NCBI GenBank assembly: GCA_052327205.1
Contig: CM126207.1
Coordinates: forward strand, 209,436,001 to 209,500,000
From: Somniosus microcephalus
Lineage: Eukaryota
Reading direction: 5' to 3'
DNA length: 64,000 nt
The position numbers and the translations under genes were made by a program. Position 1 is the first letter of the stretch. Each line of letters begins with the position of its first letter. Below the pieces are notes generated by a model, which worked only from the letters and a program-made list of their open reading frames with translations, did no database searches and was not told the DNA's origin. Shown in pieces: positions 1 to 12,349 of the stretch.

Positions 1-40
1 TTTAATGCATCATCAATTCAGTCAGATAATCCTCCCCTCT

Positions 41-408
41 TCACTATTATTACGTAGGGAAACATGGCAGCCAATTTGCACACAGCAAGATCCCACAAGC
101 AATTGGGTATATGACCAGATAATCTGCTTTAGTGATGTAGGATGAGGGATAAATACTGGCCAGGACACCGTGACAACTCCCCTGCTCTTCGAATAGTGCC
201 ATGGGATCTTTTATGTCCACTTGAGGGGGCAGACGGGGTCCTCAGTTTAACGTTTCATCTGAAAGACAATACCTCAGACAGTGCAGCGCTCCCTCAGCAT
301 TGCCCTGGAGTGTCAATCTACATTATTTGGTCAAGTCTCTAGATTGGGGTTTAAATACATGACCTTCTGTCTCAGAGGAGAGAGTGCCATCATTGAGCCA
401 AAGCTGAC
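41..408 (-). mobile_element. tRNA-derived Deu-domain SINE (SacSINE1-like), partial
   Basis: Collinear with the copies at 10241, 42755, 54337 and 57906. Confidence 0.8.
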
Positions 409-950
409 GCTCTGGAATTCCCTCCCTATACCCCTCTGCCTCTCCACCTCCCACTTCTTGGTATCGTCAGAAGGACAGCTCTTTTATAGGTCTGATCAAA
501 ACAAGTACCTAGGCCTGCTTGGTGAATAATCTTGGTTCTATTCAAGTATAAAACTGACACCGTCTTTCAGTGCAAGAAACAGAGGTGCAGGACAAAACGT
601 GGACATCAAATTTCTTAGGACAGACAAAACTCCAGTTTCAACAAAGACAATGCGTCTCGACAACCAAAAGGTACGGTCCACGAACATCGAGTGAGGGTCA
701 GCACATGAACCCCGGAGAATGGTCCCAGCATCAGTGGGTCAATCTCTTGCACTTGTCTAAAAGTTGAGGGTTTTATAGGAGTCGGAAGTGTTTCAAATAT
801 TGAGGGAATGAAACCCAATTTGCTTAAACTGATCCTCTTAATAGTAACATCAATGGCATGTTCCATGGTTCACTGTGCGTACAGTTGGATCTACAATACT
901 TTTGTAAATAGATCCTGTCTAAGAATTAGGTCTGAGTACCAGGGTCTGCT

Positions 951-2841
951 CAACAACAACAAAAACTTGTATTTATATAGCGTCTGCAACATAGCAAATC
1001 GTCCCAAGGCGCTTCACAGGACTGATCAAACGAAATTTAACACCTAGCTACGAAAGGAGATATTAGGACACATGACCAAAAGCTTGGTCAAAGAGGTAGG
1101 TTTTAAGGAGCATCTTAAAGGAAGAGAGTGAGGTAGAGAAGTGGAGGTGTTTAGGGAGGGAATTCCAGAGCTTAGGGCCTAGGCAGCTGAAGGCACGGCC
1201 TCCAATGGTGTAGCAATTAAAATCAGGGATACACAAGAGGCCAGAATTGGAGGAGCGCAGAAATCTCGGAGGGTTGTAGAGCTGGAGGAGGTTGCAGAGA
1301 TAGGGACGGACAAGGCCATGGACAGATTTGAAAACAAGGATGAGAATTTTAAAATTGAGGCGTTGCCGGACTGGGAGCCAATGTAGGTCAGCGAGCACAG
1401 GGGTGATGGGTGAACGGGACTTGGTGCGAGTTAGGATACGGGCAGCAGAGTTTTGGATGAGCTCAAGTTTATGATGGGTGGAAGATGGGCGGCCAGCCAG
1501 GAGAGCCATGGAATAGTCAAATCTAGAGATAACAAAGGCATGGATGAGGATTTCAGCAGCAGATGAGCTGAGGAGAGGCAGAGACGGGCGATGTTAGAGA
1601 GGTGGAAATAGGTGATCTCAGTGATGGAGTAGATATGTGGTCGGATGCTCATCTCGGGGTCAAATACGACATCAAGGTTACGAATGGTCTGGTTTGGCCT
1701 CAGGCAGTTGCCAGGGAGAAGGATGGAGTTGGTGGCAACATTCCCGCTAAGCTGCACAGGCCACTCACCGGTTTTTACTTGGAAGAAACCACGCATGCGC
1801 GAAAATTTGAATGGGCCACTCAACCAGTTAACAGGACTACGCACGAAAAAAAATTAGAGGTAACATTGGCTAGGGGATGGAGTTTGTGCTGCAGACCAAA
1901 GACAATGGCTTTTGTCATCTTAATATTTAGTTGGGGGAAATTTTTGCTCATCCAGAGCTGGATGTCGGACGAGCAGTCTGACAATTTAGAGACAGTGGAG
2001 GGGGTCGAGAGAGGTGGTGGTGGGGTAGAGCGGAGTGTCGTCAGCATACATCTGGAATCTGACATGTTTTTGGATGATGTCACCGAGAGGCAGCATGTAG
2101 ATGAGAAATAGGAGGGGGCCAAGGATAGATCCTTGGGGGACACCAGAGGTAGCGGTGCTGGAGCGGGAAGAGAAGCCATTGCAGGCGATTCTCTGGTTAC
2201 AGGTGGATAGATAAGAATGGAACCAGGTGAGGCCAGACCCACCCAGCTGGACGACAGAGGAGAGGTGTCGGAGGAAGATGGTGTGGTGAAACGTGTCAAC
2301 GGCTGCAGACAGGTCAAGAAGGATGAGGAGGGATAGTTCACCACGGTCAGAATCACATAGGATGTCATTTGTGACTTTGATAAGAGCCGTTTCAGCACAG
2401 TGGCAGCAGCGGGAACCTGAGTGGAGTGATTCAAACATGGAGTTCTGGGAAAGGTGGGCACGGATTTGGGAGGTGGCAGCACATTCAAGGACTTGAGGAA
2501 AGGGAGGTTGGAGATGGGGAGGTAGTTTGCAAGAACAGAGGGGTCAAGGGTGGGTTTTGGAGGAAAGGGGTGATGACGGCAGACTTGAAGGGGCAGAGGA
2601 CAGTACCGGAGAGAGAACAGTTAACAATATCAGCTAACATGGGGGCCAGGAAGGGAAGTTGGGTGTTCAGCAGTTTGGTGGGAATAGGGTCGAGGGAGCA
2701 GGAAGTGGGTCACATGGACAAGATGAGCTCGGAGAGAGAAACTAGAGAAAGATGCGAGTTTGGGGCTAGGGCTTGGGGAACCTTAGGATAAAGTTTGGCC
2801 TGGTGGGCTAGGGGGAAGGGTGGGAAGTGGCAGAGGCAGCT
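951..2841 (-). mobile_element. L2 LINE 3' fragment (decayed reverse transcriptase plus 3' tail)
   Basis: Broken ORFs with [27 protein letters not shown] and LHWLPV motifs; (CAA)n tail on the plus strand at 951. Confidence 0.92.
1736..1868. mobile_element. 133-bp TIR-bounded insertion inside the L2
   Basis: Interrupts L2 sequence ggtgg|ctagg; ends CAACATTCCCGCTAA / TTAGAGGTAACATTG (11/15 inverted match). Confidence 0.6.
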
Positions 2842-3221
2842 ATGAAGTCACCAAAACCACTGCTGTTTCCTCTGATTCTTGGAAAGGATCCTGGGAGTAA
2901 GGAATGGAGGGAAGAACAACAATGGAATCAAGAGAATTTCCCTGCAGATTGCAAATTTCATAAAAGGGACAATCTCGCAAGGACACGTCTCTTCCCATTT
3001 GATGTAGGTTATACAAAATTTTTAAAAAGCTGTAGAAACACAATGCAAATTTTTATGTTACGTTTGTATTTTTAATCAGTTTAATATATTAAAACAAATA
3101 ATACATGAGCAGTTCACAGCTTTCCTCCAGTAACTCAGGAGAGACACACAAAGACTAAGCACCCACTAAACTGGCTCATCTGCCACTGAAGAGAATCAAA
3201 TTCAACACCTAAATGACTTAC

Positions 3222-3309
3222 CAAAGGACAGGAGGGTCTGTTTAGAAACATCACGCACTTCATTGTCAGTCTGGCAAAGGTAGACGAGTTGATCTATACT
3301 CTCTTTGGC
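3222..3309 (-). CDS. RIPOR1: RIPOR1 probable penultimate exon, 88 bp (AKESIDQLVYLCQTDNEVRDVSKQTLLSF-G)
   Basis: ctttag|GCC, G|gtaagt; phase 0/1; LVYLCQTD motif. Confidence 0.94.
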
Positions 3310-3511
3310 CTAAAGAAAACAAATGAAGTTAAAAGAAAAAGAGTCTCCAAATTCCTTATTTTTGCTACTTTTGGGGTTAAACTGATGACCAATTTTTTGC
3401 CAAGATCATTCTCTACTCTCTCAAACACTTTTGTCTAACATAGACTTTCCTGGCCCAGTCTGGGGGGTGGGGGAGAGGGGAGAAAGTGAAGAAGCTGTTC
3501 CCAAAGGGTCG

Positions 3512-3616
3512 CGCTGTCACTCCATCAGCCACTAGGGGGCACACGGAACAGCCGGCCTGCCCCGCCCTCAAGTGCAGCATTGTGGGAGTAAACTGGTGTC
3601 TAATTGCATATGTAAT
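3512..3616 (+). promoter_or_regulatory. Candidate CTCF site with adjacent GC box, ZNF143-like and POU-like motifs
   Basis: CCACTAGGGGGCAC 3529-3542; CCCCGCCC 3560-3567; TCCCACAATGC on minus at about 3577-3587; ATTGCATATGTAAT 3603-3616. Confidence 0.55.
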
Positions 3617-3661
3617 ATGGCAGCACAGCTGCTCGCTCTGCCAACATCATCATTTGAATAC

Positions 3662-4493
3662 AAGGAGGAAAAGCTGCAAATGTTGGAAATACACAGCAGC
3701 TCAGTCATCTGCAGAGCGAGTAGAAAAGACAGGTTAGAAAGTTTCGGGTGTGTCCCCGGCATCAGAACTCAAGGGAAAGATAGACTAGCGTTTTAGAAAG
3801 GTTGGAAAATTGAGCAGACTCGAGGGAAGCAAGAAGAGAACCAACAGATACACCAATCACAGACAGGGGGTTTGGTTAGACCACCTGCAAACGGCTTAAT
3901 AGGAAGTAATGAAATTATATTAAAAAAGGTGATAATTTCACCCTTGGCCATTGTACTTTTTAAAAATCTCTGCATTAACTCATTGATGATCTGGTCACTC
4001 CAACCGCTCGCCTCTCTTCTGCAACCCTGTGCGTGCCCGGATGACCTGGGAGAGGGATCACAGGCTGTCCACTGATATCCAGCAGTGCCCACCGGCTGCA
4101 AGTGTAGGAGTTGCCTTAAATACAATGCAGGAGTGGTGCCCGCCTCTGCGGGCAAGTACTTGTCGAATATATTCTTCTGGTGGTGGCACTGGGATAACGA
4201 TGCTGATGCCTTATTGGCCTATCAAAGGAGTCTCACTGATTATCTTTTATACCACCTGTCCCTATTGAGTAGTTTGCAGGTATTTACCCTAGTCCCTCTC
4301 TGACTGGTGCGTCTGTTGATTTTCTCCCCATCCCATCCCCTTTGTCCTCTTCAATTTTCCAACTTTTCTAAACTGCCCGTCTACCTAGGCTTTCAGTTCT
4401 GATGATAGGTACTTGCCCAAAACTCTCAACCGGTCTTCTTGTTGCAGATGCTGACTGGCCAGGTGTGTATTTCATGCATTACCTATTCCTCTT
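3662..4493. mobile_element. Penelope-type inverted-repeat element with two degenerate hammerhead-like cores
   Basis: Arms of about 240 bp (3662-3905, 4260-4493) are reverse-complementary; CTGATGA at 4399 (+); CTGATGC...GAAAC at 3765-3741 (-). Confidence 0.65.
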
Positions 4494-5257
4494 AGAATTC
4501 AAAAACATTACAAGATCCTTTCCCCAAAAAAAGGAAACTGAAAGAGGCTGAAAATAACCAGAACATTTTAGGGAGAAGATGTCTTTGTTCAGTACATCGG
4601 AATTGCTGGACAAGTAAAGACCGAGATCCATCTCGTTCACCTTCTACCATTCTGGTAGTTGCATAATACAATGATAATGGAGTTGTTGACTTATCATAGC
4701 AATCAATCTCTATGGACTAGTCTACAACAGGCCCAGACATGACGCAAGGAAACCCCCTGTGTTGGAGAGCTTTGGAAACCATAGGTCCAAAGTCACTTGT
4801 TCCTCTCAAGCCTGCAACACTTACCCAGGTCATGTCTCAAATGATTCATATACAGTACCATATCCCCAAATGTTTCATCCTCCTCATTAGTCTAATTCAG
4901 CTACGTTAAAAGGTTGCTTTATAGCTTTTGCAGTATGCAATAAGTACAAAGGGTGGTTATGTATATACATATATCTCAAAAAGTACACAGAGTTACACTT
5001 GGGAGTCTTCAGAAGCAGGTGGACTACATGTAAAAATGAAGCCAAATGAGATACAATCCCATAAATATTAAACTGTAACATTTTTGTTTTAAAAAATGTT
5101 ACAAACATTGAGAACTGGGTCAGGCATGTGGAAAGTTGTTACAGTTGCACTTCAAGCCGTCCATTAAACCACCTGACATATCCGCACAGTAATTAATGAT
5201 TTAGTGATGGCAACAAAATGGTTTTCAAGCACACGGAGAAGCCTTCATTTACAGCCA

Positions 5258-5437
5258 TTTTTTTTGTTTGTTCATGGGATCTGGGCGTCGCTGGCAAAGC
5301 CAGCATTTATTGTCCATCCCTAATTGCCCTCGAGAAGGTGGTGGTGAGCCACCTTCTTGAACCACTGCAGTCCGTGTGGTGAAGGTACTCCCAAGAGTGC
5401 GGTTAGGGAGAGTTCCAGGATTTTGGCCCAGCGACGA
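5258..5437 (-). mobile_element. 3' end of the CR1/L2-group LINE family seen at 33421
   Basis: Near-identical to about 33430-33600. Confidence 0.85.
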
Positions 5438-5518
5438 TTTCAGAGCGAGCTGAGGCAGTGTTACCACGGGTTCAAGTGTCAGGAGTGCTTTTTCCAATCA
5501 TTGAACTGAAGGACTCAC

Positions 5519-5602
5519 CTTTAGATGTGCCAGTGCCGTACACCCTACTTTTCTCAGCTGTCCGTCCTCATTCTCAAGCAGCTCCAAATAACAAACCAGG
5601 GC
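5519..5602 (-). CDS. RIPOR1: RIPOR1 exon, 84 bp (ALVCYLELLENEDGQLRKVGCTALAHLK)
   Basis: tttcag|GCC, AAG|gtgagt; phase 0/0; translated by hand. Confidence 0.94.
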
Positions 5603-5931
5603 CTGAAAACAAATGTTCACATCAATTAGTCTGGCACACAAGACAAATCATCTTCCAGCCTTCAGATACTAGCACTGCTTCCAAATTAATGCTGATACAA
5701 CGTAAACACTGATCTTTGTGACACAATGGGGCAGTGTTGAAGTCAACAGTTAAGTGCTAACAATGACCGATCAATGTAAACTCACGTGTCACTGCACCTT
5801 GGAGGAGGATCTACGATATTTACATGAAATCTTTTGAGACAATATCAAGCCAGTCAGCAGAGAATCTCTGCTTCATGTCTGGTTGGACTCCAAAACTGGG
5901 TTCAGGCTGCATTAACATTATAACTGCAGTG

Positions 5932-6163
5932 GAACATCAGGAACAGCAGCAGGCCATTCAGTCTCTCGAGCCTGTTCTGCCATTCCATTAGATTATGGCT
6001 GATCTGTAGCGCAACTCCATTTTCCCACCTTTGCTCCATATCTTAACAAAAATCTATCGACTTCAAGTCTTGAAAATTTCAATAGACCCAGCAACCACTG
6101 CCTTTTAGGGGAAGAGAGTTCCAGATTTCTACTATTCTTTGTGTGAAAAAGTGCTTCCTGATT
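5932..6163 (-). mobile_element. CR1 LINE 3' fragment
   Basis: Shares the ggccattcagcc.ctcgagcctg tail with the copies at 22721, 27088 and 46417. Confidence 0.8.
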
Positions 6164-7327
6164 GCAACCCTGGGTGGGACTGTACTCGCCTGGTTCCATT
6201 CTTATCTATCTACTCGTAACCAGAGAATCACCTGCAGTGGCTTCTCTTCCTGCTCCCGCATCACTACCCCTGGGGTCCTCCAAGGATCTATCCTTGGCCC
6301 CCTCCTATTTCTCATCTACATGTTGCCCCTTGGTGACATCATCCGAAAGCACAGCGTCAGTTTCTACATACGCTGACGACACCCAGCTCTACCTCACTAC
6401 CTCTTCTCTTGACCCTGTCCCATGGTCTCTAAATTGTCCGACATCCAGTTCTGGATGAGCAGAAATTTTCTCCAATTAAATATTGGGAAGACCAAAGCCA
6501 TTGTTTTCGGTCCCCGCCACAAACTCCATTCCCTAGCTACCAACTCCATCCCTCTCCCTAACATCTGTCTGAGGCTGAACCACACTATTCGCAATCTTGG
6601 TGTCATATCTGACCCTGAAATGAGCTTCCGACCACACATCCATGGCATAACTAAGACTGCCTATTTCCACCTCCATAACATCGCCCGTCTCCACCCTTGC
6701 CTCAACTCATCCGCTGCAGATACCCTCATCCATGCCTTTGTTACCTCTGGACTTGACAATTCCAATGCACTCCTGGTTGGCCTCCCACATTCCACCCTAC
6801 GTAAACTTGAGGTCATCCAAAACTCGGCTGCCCGTGTCCTAACTCGCACCAAGTCCCATTCATCCATCACTCCTGTGCTCGCTGACCTACATTGTCTCCC
6901 GGTTAAGCAACGGCTCAATTTCAAAATTATCATCCTTGTTTTCAAATCCCTCCATGGCCTCGCCCCTCCCTATCTCTGTAATCTCCTCCAGCACCCCACC
7001 CCCACCCCGAGATATCTGCGCTCCTCAAATTCTGCCCTCTTGAGCATCCCTGAATATAATAACTCAACCATCGGTGGCCGTGCCTTCAGCTGCCTAGGCC
7101 CTAGGCTCTGGAATTCCCTCCCTAAACCTCTCCGCCTCTCTACCTCCCTTTCCTCCTTTAAGATGCTCCTTAAAACCTACCTCTTTGACCAAGTTTTTGG
7201 TCACCTCCCCTAATTTCTCCTTATGTGGCTCGGTGTCAAATTTTTTTTTGTCTTAATACTCCTGTGAAGCATCTTGGGACGTCTTACTACGTTAAAGGCG
7301 CTAGATAAATACAAGTTGTGGTTGTTG
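6164..7327 (+). mobile_element. L2 LINE 3' fragment, relatively young
   Basis: ORF 6422..7213 (263 aa) is an intact ORF2 C-terminus; QGSILGP and YADD motifs frameshifted upstream; (GTT)n tail. Confidence 0.93.
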
Positions 7328-7476
7328 CAAAATTAAACCATTCCTAATTTACTAGGAGCCGCCAAGCTCCAGGCCTTTATCTCTCTCCCCTTGTACAGAT
7401 ACCGGAAGCAGCTGACTGGATCAGCAGAGTTTGGTGGGAGAGAAGCGAATGCATTGGCAGATCCATTGCTACCAAC

Positions 7477-7673
7477 CTTTTCTCTGAATTTGGAGTCTTC
7501 TGCCAGATTTTTCAGCACAGAGGCAGTGGTGTTGCAGATCTTGGTGTTGTCCTCCAACAGAAGCAGGCCCATGGCTTTCAGTCCGTCTCTCTGGAGCTGG
7601 CTCCCCGAGAGATGTTTCAGAGTCTTCAGCACCACGTCCTTATCAGAGGACTGCAGATTCTGGACCAGGAATA
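7477..7673 (-). CDS. RIPOR1: RIPOR1 exon, 197 bp (V-FLVQNLQSSDKDVVLKTL...KFREK), ARM/HEAT-like C-terminal region
   Basis: ttgcag|TA, AAG|gttggt; phase 1/0. Confidence 0.94.
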
Positions 7674-8721
7674 CTGCAAGAAATGGAAAGTGCAGGGGAA
7701 AAAAACCAAAACAGAAATCACAAAATATTCGTGGATGTTTCTACTCTCTCCAGAGTAAACAGACAACATGCACCATGTCAGGGCCTGACTGCTTCAGACA
7801 TAAACAAATGAAGTAATTTTTTCACACCAATTACATGCCCTCCCCTCCCTTTTTTGGGTTACAGCTCCACACGCGACAGTCAGCCTTGGGTATATGACTG
7901 GAGTGGCCATTCATCATGTTTGTGTCTGAACTGGGGATGTCAGGTGGTTATTTGACATCTGAACCTAACTTTGTCCTCCCCCCACAGCATTACATGCACT
8001 CATGGTAGGAGTCTTGGTTTGCCATCGGGTGGGGGGAATCCCTTGCCGATATTTCCCTTCCGTAACCCAGAGGTGCTGTAGCCAAATGCGGTAGATGTAT
8101 CCCCGAAATACATACATATTTTATATATTATATTATATATGCTTTATGTTTTTGGTGTTGTTTTAAACCTTCAATAAGCATTAAAAAACAAGCCATACTG
8201 GAACATTGTGATTTGCATAAAAAATGGAAATCATTCCAGAAAAAAAAGTAATCATATTGAGATGTCTTTCTGAGCAAATAGGTTCCTGCAGGGTCACAGT
8301 GTGCTCGCATCGGTTAACAGGACCCTGTATGAAACTGTCCGCAGGGCTGGGGATATCGGCCGGACGATGATCACACGGCAACGCCAGTCTCCGCTAATGA
8401 AGGGAATGGGCCCAGGCAGTAGAGTGCTTCTACAGGAAGGCTTCCAGTGGGCACCATACCAATTCACAGCACTCTTTATCCCTCCACTGACCTCAAGGCT
8501 GCCACCTAGTGAGCTATGCTGGCAGAGTCTTGTCTGCTGCCCAATACTGAATGCTGCGTGATACAGAGGGAAAAATACCAAGAACATAGCTCAGGTAGAA
8601 AGGCAGGAGCACGGGAAGAGAGAGGATTGTATAAAAGGAGGCTCGACTTAGGTGTCAACGTGAGGCTGCAGTTTAAGATGCCTCAAAGGCCTATCTACGA
8701 TATAGAACAGTAAGAAAGTAC

Positions 8722-8880
8722 CTTCCTGTGCCAGCTCCATGATGTAGGAAGGTAAGGAGGACACGTTCTGCTCCTCAATGTGACTCAAGTACTGGAAGAT
8801 TGTCAGCAGTTCCACATGTCCACTTCGGGCACGTTTCGGCAATGTTCTGTCCAAAAACCTTTCCACTAGTTTAATAAAAA
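8722..8880 (-). CDS. RIPOR1: RIPOR1 exon, 159 bp (V-FIKLVERFLDRTLPKR...MELAQE)
   Basis: tttcag|TT, G|gtactt; phase 1/1. Confidence 0.93.
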
Positions 8881-9741
8881 CTGAAAGGGCAGATTAAATA
8901 AATGAACTGTTTCACTAAAGGAATGATTAAAGTCCACATGCAGTGTAAATACCACTGTCTGGAGCATCACCAACATTTACCAGAGTCTAAACTAAAATAT
9001 GTTAAATAAATGTATTTCGGTGTGTTCATAAAGATCACTTTACATTTAAATTCAAATCATAGGGGACTTAATTTTCAGAGCATAATAAATTGTCCAAACT
9101 GCGAGTCCCATTTACTTTCTGACTTCAGCAGTACGGCACTACAGAATGTAACAGGACGTAAAACGTCTGAATCAGCGATGCATCAGACAGATTGTACAGA
9201 GCAGATCATCCTTACTTGTACCCGTGTGTTCGTGCCAATGTCCACTTACAGAGGGCTGGATCTCAGCCTGTGTGCAGAATGAAATTAGCTCTGGGGTATA
9301 AGGGGCAGTGGGAAAGGGGGGGGTGGTGGAAGAGAAAGGTGAGCTCAAGAGATGGGCAGAGCAGCTGGGCAGCTAACCTGCTTTCTCACTTCAGTACACA
9401 AAGAAACAGAGATTCCTTTTTTATTAATGGGTTCAACCTGTGTCCATTTGGTGGGGCAGAGTTCAGTATGTCTCTATAAACTATTCAGTGCTGGCCCCTC
9501 TGCAACCTGCAATTATCTACAGCAGGTTTGCAATATATTTGGAGGTTGAGCAGATTGATTGATTGCATTTCTCTGCACTGAATTTCATCTGCTAAGTGCT
9601 ACACATGGCGACAAAAAAAATCCAAAAAGGGACAATTACTTAAATGAAAATAATGTGCATGGAAAACTAAAATGAAAAGCTTGATCTTAATCTTATTTAT
9701 GTCTCCAGTAAAGAAGCTGCCCAGTGAACGTGGCCACTCAC

Positions 9742-9900
9742 CTGCTTCTGCTGGGCCAGAGAAGTGCTCGTTCACTCTGCTCCCAAAACTCAAGTTCAGC
9801 TTCTGCAGAACGCGCTCGACTGTGGCGCTGTACAGGTTCGAGCTCTCGGTGCAGTGCGTCCAGAACGAAAAGACCGTTTTATCTTTCAGCAGTGGCATGA
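9742..9900 (-). CDS. RIPOR1: RIPOR1 exon, 159 bp (V-MPLLKDKTVFSFWTHCTE...GPAEA)
   Basis: cttcag|TC, G|gtgagt; phase 1/1. Confidence 0.94.
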
Positions 9901-10240
9901 CTGAAGGGAAGCAAATTACAAAAAAGGGGGGACAATATAAACACCGACTTCCTTTAGGTTATACAAGGTTTTAAACAAACAAAACAAAAAGCAGCCTGTC
10001 CTCCCAGTGAAGGTATGGGACAGATCTGCAGTGAAACACTCAGCTTCTGGAAAGCTAGTTTAGTCTTAACGGTCGCTTTTGTTTCCACCCAATAAGTCCA
10101 TCTCCTGTGGATATTCCACAACCCCTATCGCCATTAGTCAAACAAAGCTCGACTGATAAAGGGCGACAGTTCACCTGCCCGAACTTGCTGATTAATTTAG
10201 GGATCAGTGCGGTTACTCAAGTTATTTTGATAGGAAAAAC

Positions 10241-10642
10241 AGAAATGCATTTATATAGCATCTTTCACTACCATGGAAAGTCCCAAAACACTTTACAGCC
10301 AATTTGCGCACAGCAAGCTCCCACAAACAGCAATGGGACAATGACCAGATAATCTGTTTTATGTTCGTTGAGGGATAAATATTGGCCAGGACACCGGGGA
10401 GAACTCCCCTGCTCTTCTTCAAAATAGTGCCATGGGATCTGTTGCGTCCACCCGAGGCGGCAGACAGGGCCTCGATTTAACATCTCATCTGATAGATGGC
10501 ATCTCCAACAGTGCAGCACTCCCTCAGTACTGCACTGCTGAGTGTCAGCCGAGATTTTTGTGCTCAAGTCTCTGGAGTGGGACTTGAACCCACAACCTCC
10601 TGACTCAAAGGCGAGAGTGCTACCAACTCAGCCATGGCTGAC
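10241..10642 (-). mobile_element. Deu-domain SINE
   Basis: tRNA-like head with B box (GGTTCAAGTCC on minus), conserved core, L2-like tail. Confidence 0.85.
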
Positions 10643-10782
10643 CAACACACGATTACCATTATACATTTTAAATTTTCCCCTTGCAATTGTGAAAGGGAAT
10701 CAGATGGTGTGGAACAGGAATGGGCTTCAAAGAGCCAGTACATTACTATCGGGTGATGTTTAATTTGAGACGGCCCACTCAC

Positions 10783-10918
10783 CCTCCTCGGCAGTGCTTA
10801 TGTTTCCAGATTTGTCCTCACTCAGTCTGGAGACCACCTCTAGAACATGAGCCTCTCTCAGAAGCTTGTCCAGTGCGTAGATCTCCCGGCATCGCAGAGG
10901 TCCGTAAATACCCAGTTG
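10783..10918 (-). CDS. RIPOR1: RIPOR1 exon, 136 bp (QLGIYGPLRCREIYALDKLLREA...STAEE)
   Basis: ttgcag|CAA, G|gtgagt; phase 0/1. Confidence 0.95.
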
Positions 10919-11122
10919 CTGCAACAGGAAATATTGGTGTTGACATACAGAAAAGATACAGGTGTTAACAACACGGATTCCTCCCCAGCACAAGGCCTCT
11001 GACCGGCCAGGTACACATTATCATCCCAGTGACCAACTTTATGCTGCACTATCACCATGTTTAATAAAAGATCAGAATGAATGGACTTCACTTAATCAAA
11101 GTTGTGTAAAACAAAGATGACA

Positions 11123-11550
11123 ACAGACGTGCATTTATGTAGCGCCTTTCATATCCTAAAGCACCTTACAGCCAATAAAGTACTTGTGAATTTTAGTCAC
11201 TGTTGGAAACGCAGCAGCCAATTTGCACACAACAAGCTCCCACAAACAGCAACAAGATTGTTTATTTCAGTGATGTTGGCTTAGGGATAAATATTGGCCA
11301 GGACACCGGGAGAACTCCCCTGCTCTTCTTCGAAATGGTGCCGTGGGATCTTTTACGTCCACCTGAGAGAACAGACAGGTTCGCAGTTTAACATCGCATC
11401 TGAAAGACAGCCCCTCTGATGGTGCAACACTCCCTCAGTACTGCAATGGAGTCGCAGCCTGGCTTATGTGCTGAAGTCTTTGGAATGGAGCTTGAACCCA
11501 CAACCTTCTGACTCAGTGGCGATAGTGCTGCCACTGAGCAAAGGCTGACA
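11123..11550 (-). mobile_element. Deu-domain SINE
   Basis: Collinear with the other copies. Confidence 0.85.
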
Positions 11551-11638
11551 TCCAAAGTGGAGCCAGTAGGTATCAAGGTATCAATATTTATTCCATTTTA
11601 ATCGCCATTTACACAAGATTAGTGCTGGTTTAAGCCAT

Positions 11639-12349
11639 GGGCCGGATCTTGCTGAAGCAGGGCAGCTCGTTAAGACTTTTTCCTGCACCGTTCAGCTCAA
11701 AAAATATTTGCGCCGTAACTTGCTGGAAGTGCGAGCTGATAACGGCGCATTGAGGGCAACGAGGCATCTGGGGACCTTAGTGGACGGCGGGACCAACAGG
11801 GTATCGCCTTAACCAAGGATTGAGAAAGAAACAGAGAAGGAGGGTGATTTAGAGCCCAATCAGGTAAAGAACGAGAAATAAAGAGGGAAAGAAAGATTGG
11901 ATTGAGGAGAGAAAAAAAGGGTCAGACAGAAAAAAAAAAATTTAGATTTTGAAATTTTAAAATCTCTAACAATTGACTACATGCAGGAATGAGAATGAAC
12001 ACTTGAAATTGTTCCCATTCTGGGCCAGAGAGGTTGACTGGCATTACATTAACAATTATCACGTCGCTAAAAATGTACTTCCGCTCTTAATTGCCAGGCT
12101 TCTTTCTGTGGCGAGTTTAATAGGCAATTAAGATGCAAATCCAACAAGTTCTGGAAAATAATGGGGTGGCAAAGGGCGATATGCCATTTATGCGAAGCAA
12201 ACAGCGGAGCGGCGTAAGTCAACCAGCAAGTTCTGGAGATTCGCAACACACAATGTATATCTTAATCCCCTGAACTTGCTGGCCGCTTTGTGCATTAATA
12301 ACGGTGTGCATCATTGACACGCCGTTACTTATCCAGCAAGAACAAGCCC
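11639..12349. mobile_element. PIF/Harbinger-like MITE, 711 bp
   Basis: TIR GGGCCGGATCTTGCTG vs GGGCTTGTTCTTGCTG (13/16); 3-bp TSD CAT at 11636-11638 and 12350-12352. Confidence 0.7.

Noticed and set aside
1-3221. Terminal RIPOR1 exon (expected to end near ...STAF*)
   Set aside because: No in-phase candidate found by eye; probably beyond the window edge.
3380-3402. Sm-site-like AATTTTTTG near the Staf/octamer-like motifs, suggesting an snRNA
   Set aside because: No recognisable snRNA sequence, flanking stems or proximal element; likely chance in AT-rich intron.
6422-7213. 263-aa ORF as a host or domesticated gene
   Set aside because: It is the C-terminus of L2 ORF2 in a 5'-truncated copy with frameshifts in the RT core.
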